From: Thermodesulfobacteriota bacterium
GTDB lineage: Bacteria > Desulfobacterota_D > UBA1144 > Nemesobacterales > JAJCZQ01
Direction: 5' to 3'
Assembly: GCA_965215275.1 (NCBI GenBank)
Contig: OZ244044.1
Coordinates: forward strand, 1,376,001-1,440,000
DNA length: 64,000 nucleotides
In this document: piece by piece, positions 60,070 through 64,000 of the stretch
How the letters are laid out: each line of letters opens with the position of its first letter
Position numbering within the stretch: position 1 is the stretch's first letter
Translations under genes and position numbers: made by a program
The notes under the pieces: generated by a model
Told to the model about the DNA's origin: nothing
The model's database searches: none
The model's input: only the letters and a program-made list of their open reading frames with translations

Positions 60070-60190
60070 ATCCTAATTCTAATTGAAGTTTCCATTTGTG
60101 AAAACAGATAATTAACTATACGGGTTTTAAGGTCGTTCGTCAGGGTTAGTTTTCTTGACAATTGACAGTACGTATTTAACCTTATGTGTC

Positions 60191-60547
60191 ATGCCGGCAG
60201 ACTATATTCCCGTGTTGCTCGTTATTATATTTGCTGTTTTTCTGGCCTCGTTGTTCGTTACTGTATCTTACTTTCTGGGTCCCAGGCGGCACAGGGACAG
60301 GAAACTGACCCCTTATGAATCCGGTATAGATCCCGTAGGGGATGCGAGAGAGAGATTTTCACTGAAATACTATCTGATAGGTGCTCTTTTTATTTTATTT
60401 GACGTGGAGGCGGTTTTTCTGTTCGTGTGGGCAGTGGTTTTCAGAGACCTTGGAATGCTTGCATTTATTGAGATAGTGGTATTTTTGATCATTATACTTA
60501 CTGGATACTATTACGTGTTAAGGAAAGGAGTTTTAGAATGGGATTGA
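60191..60547 (+). CDS. nuoA: NADH-quinone oxidoreductase subunit A
   Basis: PYESG, FILFDVE, KGVLEW; ATG 60191 preferred as start. Confidence 0.95.
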   Translation: MPADYIPVLLVIIFAVFLASLFVTVSYFLGPRRHRDRKLTPYESGIDPVGDARERFSLKYYLIGALFILFDVEAVFLFVWAVVFRDLGMLAFIEIVVFLIIILTGYYYVLRKGVLEWD

Positions 60548-61023
60548 ACGCTGAATCACTTCTTGGTGGAGAGGGATTTCTTACAACAAAGGTCTCCGCC
60601 ATTGCAAACTGGGGAAGAAAGAACAGTTTATGGCCTATGCCGTTCGGAACCGCGTGTTGTGCGATCGAGATGATGGGAGTTTTTTCCTCAAGGTTCGATC
60701 TTTCCAGATTTGGTGCCGAAGTGGCAAGGTTTTCGCCAAGACAGGCAGATCTTATGATCGTTTCAGGAACTATTACCTATAAGATGGCGTCCGTGTGCAG
60801 GAAGATATATGATCAGATGCCGGAACCCAAGTGGGTAATTGCAATGGGTTCGTGCACCTGCGGAGGCGGTCCTTTTGACAGCTATGCAGTTGTTCAGGGT
60901 ATTGATGAGTTCCTGCCGGTCGATGTGTACGTAGGTGGGTGTCCTCCAAGGCCTGAAGCATTGATCGATGCCGTAATGAAAATGCAGAAAAAGATCGATA
61001 TTGAAGGGGCGCCAGTAGTATGA
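60538..61023 (+). CDS. nuoB: NADH-quinone oxidoreductase subunit B
   Basis: [23 protein letters not shown]. Confidence 0.97.
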   Translation: MGLNAESLLGGEGFLTTKVSAIANWGRKNSLWPMPFGTACCAIEMMGVFSSRFDLSRFGAEVARFSPRQADLMIVSGTITYKMASVCRKIYDQMPEPKWVIAMGSCTCGGGPFDSYAVVQGIDEFLPVDVYVGGCPPRPEALIDAVMKMQKKIDIEGAPVV

Positions 61024-61541
61024 CCGACGTTTCATCTGCTATAAAACATGAAATAAACGACAGGCTTGGTTCTTATTTTTTATCATCGCTGGAGTTCAGA
61101 AAGGAATCAACGTTCTATATCGACCCCTCAAACGTGTTAGAAGTACTTAGTGTTTTAAAAAACGAGCTGGGATTTATTTACCTTGCTGACCTGACGGCGG
61201 TGGATTATCTTGAGATCAAATCCTCGAGATTTGAAGTTGTGTACCATCTCTACAGATTTGGAAAGGAACATGAGGACAACTTCAGGATCAGGATCAAAAC
61301 CCCGCTTGCTGACGATAACCTCGTTGTAGATTCTGTAACCTCTGTATGGAGCGGTGCCAACTGGCTGGAAAGAGAGGTTTACGATATGTTCGGGATCGTT
61401 TTTAAAGGTCATCCTAATCTGCAGAGGATACTGATGCCGGAAGACTACGATGAATTTCCTCTGAGAAAGGATTTCGACGTAAGGAACAGAGAGCCGTCCA
61501 AGAGATCTTTTAAAAAAGCTCTGAAAGAAGGGAATTTTTAG
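61020..61541 (+). CDS. nuoC: NADH-quinone oxidoreductase subunit C
   Basis: [30 protein letters not shown]. Confidence 0.96.
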   Translation: MTDVSSAIKHEINDRLGSYFLSSLEFRKESTFYIDPSNVLEVLSVLKNELGFIYLADLTAVDYLEIKSSRFEVVYHLYRFGKEHEDNFRIRIKTPLADDNLVVDSVTSVWSGANWLEREVYDMFGIVFKGHPNLQRILMPEDYDEFPLRKDFDVRNREPSKRSFKKALKEGNF

Positions 61542-62771
61542 ATGGAAAGAGTGGAGTTTATCACAGAACAGCGGGATCGGGATATGGATTCGGGATTAAG
61601 GCAGGAAACCATGATATTGAACATGGGTCCTCAGCATCCCGCCACCCATGGCGTTCTAAGGGTAGTTCTTTATCTTGACGGTGAAGTGGTTCAGGAAGCC
61701 GTTCCGTACGTGGGATATCTGCACAGAGGGATAGAGAAGCTGTGCGAACATATAACCTATCAGCAATGCCTTCCCTATACCGACCGTATGGACTATATTG
61801 CCTCAATATGTAATAACATAGGCTTTATTCTGTCCGTTGAAAAGCTCCTGGGTATCGAAGATGAGATCCCTGCCAGGGCAAAGGTTACCGAAGTCATACT
61901 GTCCGAACTGGGGAGAATAGAGTCCCATCTCATCGGTATTGGTACAAATGCAATGGATATGGGTGCGATGAGCGCTTTTCTTTTCTGCTTCAAGGAACGG
62001 GAAAGGATCTACGATATTCTGGAGATGGTATGCGGTGCCAGATTGACGACTTCATATCCAAGGGTAGGAGGCTTACCTTCCGACCTTCCGGATGGTTTTA
62101 AGTCAGCAATTGAAAATTTCCTTAAGATCTTTCCAAAAACGTTGAACGAAGTTGATAAGCTCCTGACGAGAAACAGGATATGGATAGAAAGAACAAAAGG
62201 CGTTGCGTGTATAAGTGCCGAAGATGCCATTGATCTGGGTCTGACGGGTCCGGCTCTGAGGGGAAGCGGGGTTCCTTTTGATCTCAGAAAGTCCGCCCCT
62301 TATCTGGATTATCAGAATTACGATTTTGAAGTGCCGGTTGCAACTGACGGTGACGCGTATTCAAGATATCTGTGCCGTATGGAAGAAATGAGACAGAGTC
62401 TCATGATAATCGAGCAGGCCGTAAACAACCTGCCGGATGGTCCCTACATTGCTGATCTTCCCGATATAGTGCTTCCGGAAAAGCAGAAGGTATACACTCA
62501 GATGGAATCGCTGATAAGACATTTTGTTATCGTCTATAACGGTTTTAAAGCTCCCAGTGGCGAGATATATCATGCAGTTGAGAACCCGAAAGGGGAACTT
62601 GGCTACTACATTGTAGGTGATGGTTCAGGAAAACCTTACAGAATTCACGTAAGAGGTCCGTCTTTCGTTAATTTACAGGCGCTTCCTCTGATGGTGAAGG
62701 GAAGATTATTAGCAGACGTAATTGCGGCGATCGGAAGTATAGATATAGTACTGGGAGAGGTTGACAGGTAG
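61542..62771 (+). CDS. nuoD: NADH-quinone oxidoreductase subunit D
   Basis: NMGPQHPATHGVLR, GYLHRGIEK, ENPKGE, DIVLGEVDR. Confidence 0.97.
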   Translation: MERVEFITEQRDRDMDSGLRQETMILNMGPQHPATHGVLRVVLYLDGEVVQEAVPYVGYLHRGIEKLCEHITYQQCLPYTDRMDYIASICNNIGFILSVEKLLGIEDEIPARAKVTEVILSELGRIESHLIGIGTNAMDMGAMSAFLFCFKERERIYDILEMVCGARLTTSYPRVGGLPSDLPDGFKSAIENFLKIFPKTLNEVDKLLTRNRIWIERTKGVACISAEDAIDLGLTGPALRGSGVPFDLRKSAPYLDYQNYDFEVPVATDGDAYSRYLCRMEEMRQSLMIIEQAVNNLPDGPYIADLPDIVLPEKQKVYTQMESLIRHFVIVYNGFKAPSGEIYHAVENPKGELGYYIVGDGSGKPYRIHVRGPSFVNLQALPLMVKGRLLADVIAAIGSIDIVLGEVDR

Positions 62772-62814
62772 TTGATCCTTTCAGATGACAAAATAAAACA
62801 GGTCCTTACCGTTC

Positions 62815-63600
62815 ATGTATAACAATATATTAAGCCGTTTACGATTTTTACCTTTCATAATGGTGATGCTTGCGTCTTGTTTATGGCTGCGGACGTCAGA
62901 TGCGGTCGAGATGAAAGGTCTTTACCTGGGAGGAGCGGTCGGCAGTCAGTATACGGACGTAAGTTATGAGAAATCCGTAGGGGTAGACGTGCCGTCACCT
63001 TCTTTTGCTGCGGCAGAGGACGACTCTCAGACTGGCGTTAATTTTCTTAAGGTTTTGATCGGACACCGCTGGAACCTGACCAAAAAGGCGTATTTATCAG
63101 GTGAGATCGACGCTGCGATAGGTTTGGGTAACCGTATAAAGGGGTTTCTTGAAGAAGGCACTGGGTTTGATAGCCGCGACGTCTGGCCTGGAGCCTGGTA
63201 TCTTGAAGAGAACTTCAGTCTGGGGTTTAATGCTAAACTGGGATACTTACCTGGCGAGGTCGATATTCTGGGAAGAGGGGGTTCGCTTTATCTGCTTGCC
63301 GGAATACGGTGGTTAGACCTGACGGTGGAGGACGCTTATCAAAATTCCGTGTCCAACATCTCGGGCAGATTAAACGAAGACCTGTCCGCAGTTCCATGGC
63401 TTGTCGGTGCTGGCGTGGAATTTGGAACTGAGAAAAATCGGATCGATCTGCAGGTAAGCTACGTCTCATATGAGGTCGATTTTGGTTCTGGAGACGGTGT
63501 GCTAGATACTTCTCCGAGGCTCAACCACGAGTTTGCCGTTCAGAAATGGAGTATATCTCTGGGGTACAACTGGTATTTTAGAGTTGATCAGGACCTTTAA
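62815..63600 (+). CDS. Outer-membrane beta-barrel protein
   Basis: Signal peptide, GLYLGG start, amphipathic strands, terminal ISLGYNWYF. Confidence 0.75.
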   Translation: MYNNILSRLRFLPFIMVMLASCLWLRTSDAVEMKGLYLGGAVGSQYTDVSYEKSVGVDVPSPSFAAAEDDSQTGVNFLKVLIGHRWNLTKKAYLSGEIDAAIGLGNRIKGFLEEGTGFDSRDVWPGAWYLEENFSLGFNAKLGYLPGEVDILGRGGSLYLLAGIRWLDLTVEDAYQNSVSNISGRLNEDLSAVPWLVGAGVEFGTEKNRIDLQVSYVSYEVDFGSGDGVLDTSPRLNHEFAVQKWSISLGYNWYFRVDQDL

Positions 63601-63681
63601 AAGGTGCCTTTAAAAAAAGGATTAATCAGTCAGAGCTTTTAATAGTGGTCAACTCAGCGATTTTTATGTATTTATTAGTCT

Positions 63682-64000
63682 ATGGGTAATGACCTCCCTT
63701 TTTTCTCTCAGCTTGATAAGATCGATTGGTTTATAATCCTTGCTTATATTCTGATCACTCTTCTGGTGGGGGTCTATTTTAGAAAAAAAGCCGGCAGTGA
63801 CGTTTCTTCTTACTTCGTATCAGGAAGGAACTTGCCATGGTGGCTGCTCGGTACGTCAATGGTCGCAACGACATTCGCAGCTGATACTCCACTTGCCGTA
63901 AGTGGCTGGATAAGGACCGAAGGGATCTGGAAAAACTGGTTCTGGTGGAATTACGTTTTCAGTCACGTGTTCATTATTTTTGTATTTTCAAGATTGTGGA
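63682..64000 (+). CDS. Sodium:solute symporter family protein (5' part; runs off the window)
   Basis: Manual translation IDWFII..Y...YFVSGRNLPWWLLGTSMVATTFAADTPL. Confidence 0.88.
   Translation, partial: MGNDLPFFSQLDKIDWFIILAYILITLLVGVYFRKKAGSDVSSYFVSGRNLPWWLLGTSMVATTFAADTPLAVSGWIRTEGIWKNWFWWNYVFSHVFIIFVFSRLW

Overview
Bacterial chromosomal window of moderate GC. It is mostly housekeeping genes: pyrD, ferritin, Fe-S carrier, a fused accA-accD, uvrA, glyA-nrdR-tatD-pdxA, rluD, nnr-tsaE-lysC-cimA, moeB, TolC/MacA/ABC, efp-gmhA-mutL, degQ, aroK-ribE-lspA, cobB and nuoA-D. Gene style suggests a Deltaproteobacteria-like lineage, possibly Dadabacteria-like and host-associated, but that is inference only. 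There are four accessory elements. (1) The tail of a Dcm/Vsr methylation locus at the left edge. (2) A surface-anchored kexin-like S8 protein with five Ig-like repeats. Its catalytic Asp, Ser and oxyanion Asn are all substituted, and its signal peptide is out of frame behind a C11 tract. (3) An AT-rich island at ~23.85-29.73 kb encoding an Nmad2-Nmad3 fusion, a second Nmad2, two intact paralogs of an unknown Cys-rich protein and a uracil-DNA-glycosylase-superfamily gene frameshifted in a G14 tract. A C26 tract lies in the operon leader, and there are traces of an old ~1.7 kb duplication. This is the best candidate for an undescribed, possibly phase-variable, modified-base sensing/anti-phage system. 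(4) Several putative surface or host-interaction proteins. All three long homopolymer tracts have the same AAT-(C)n-ATC context. No rRNA, tRNA, CRISPR array or transposase was recognised.
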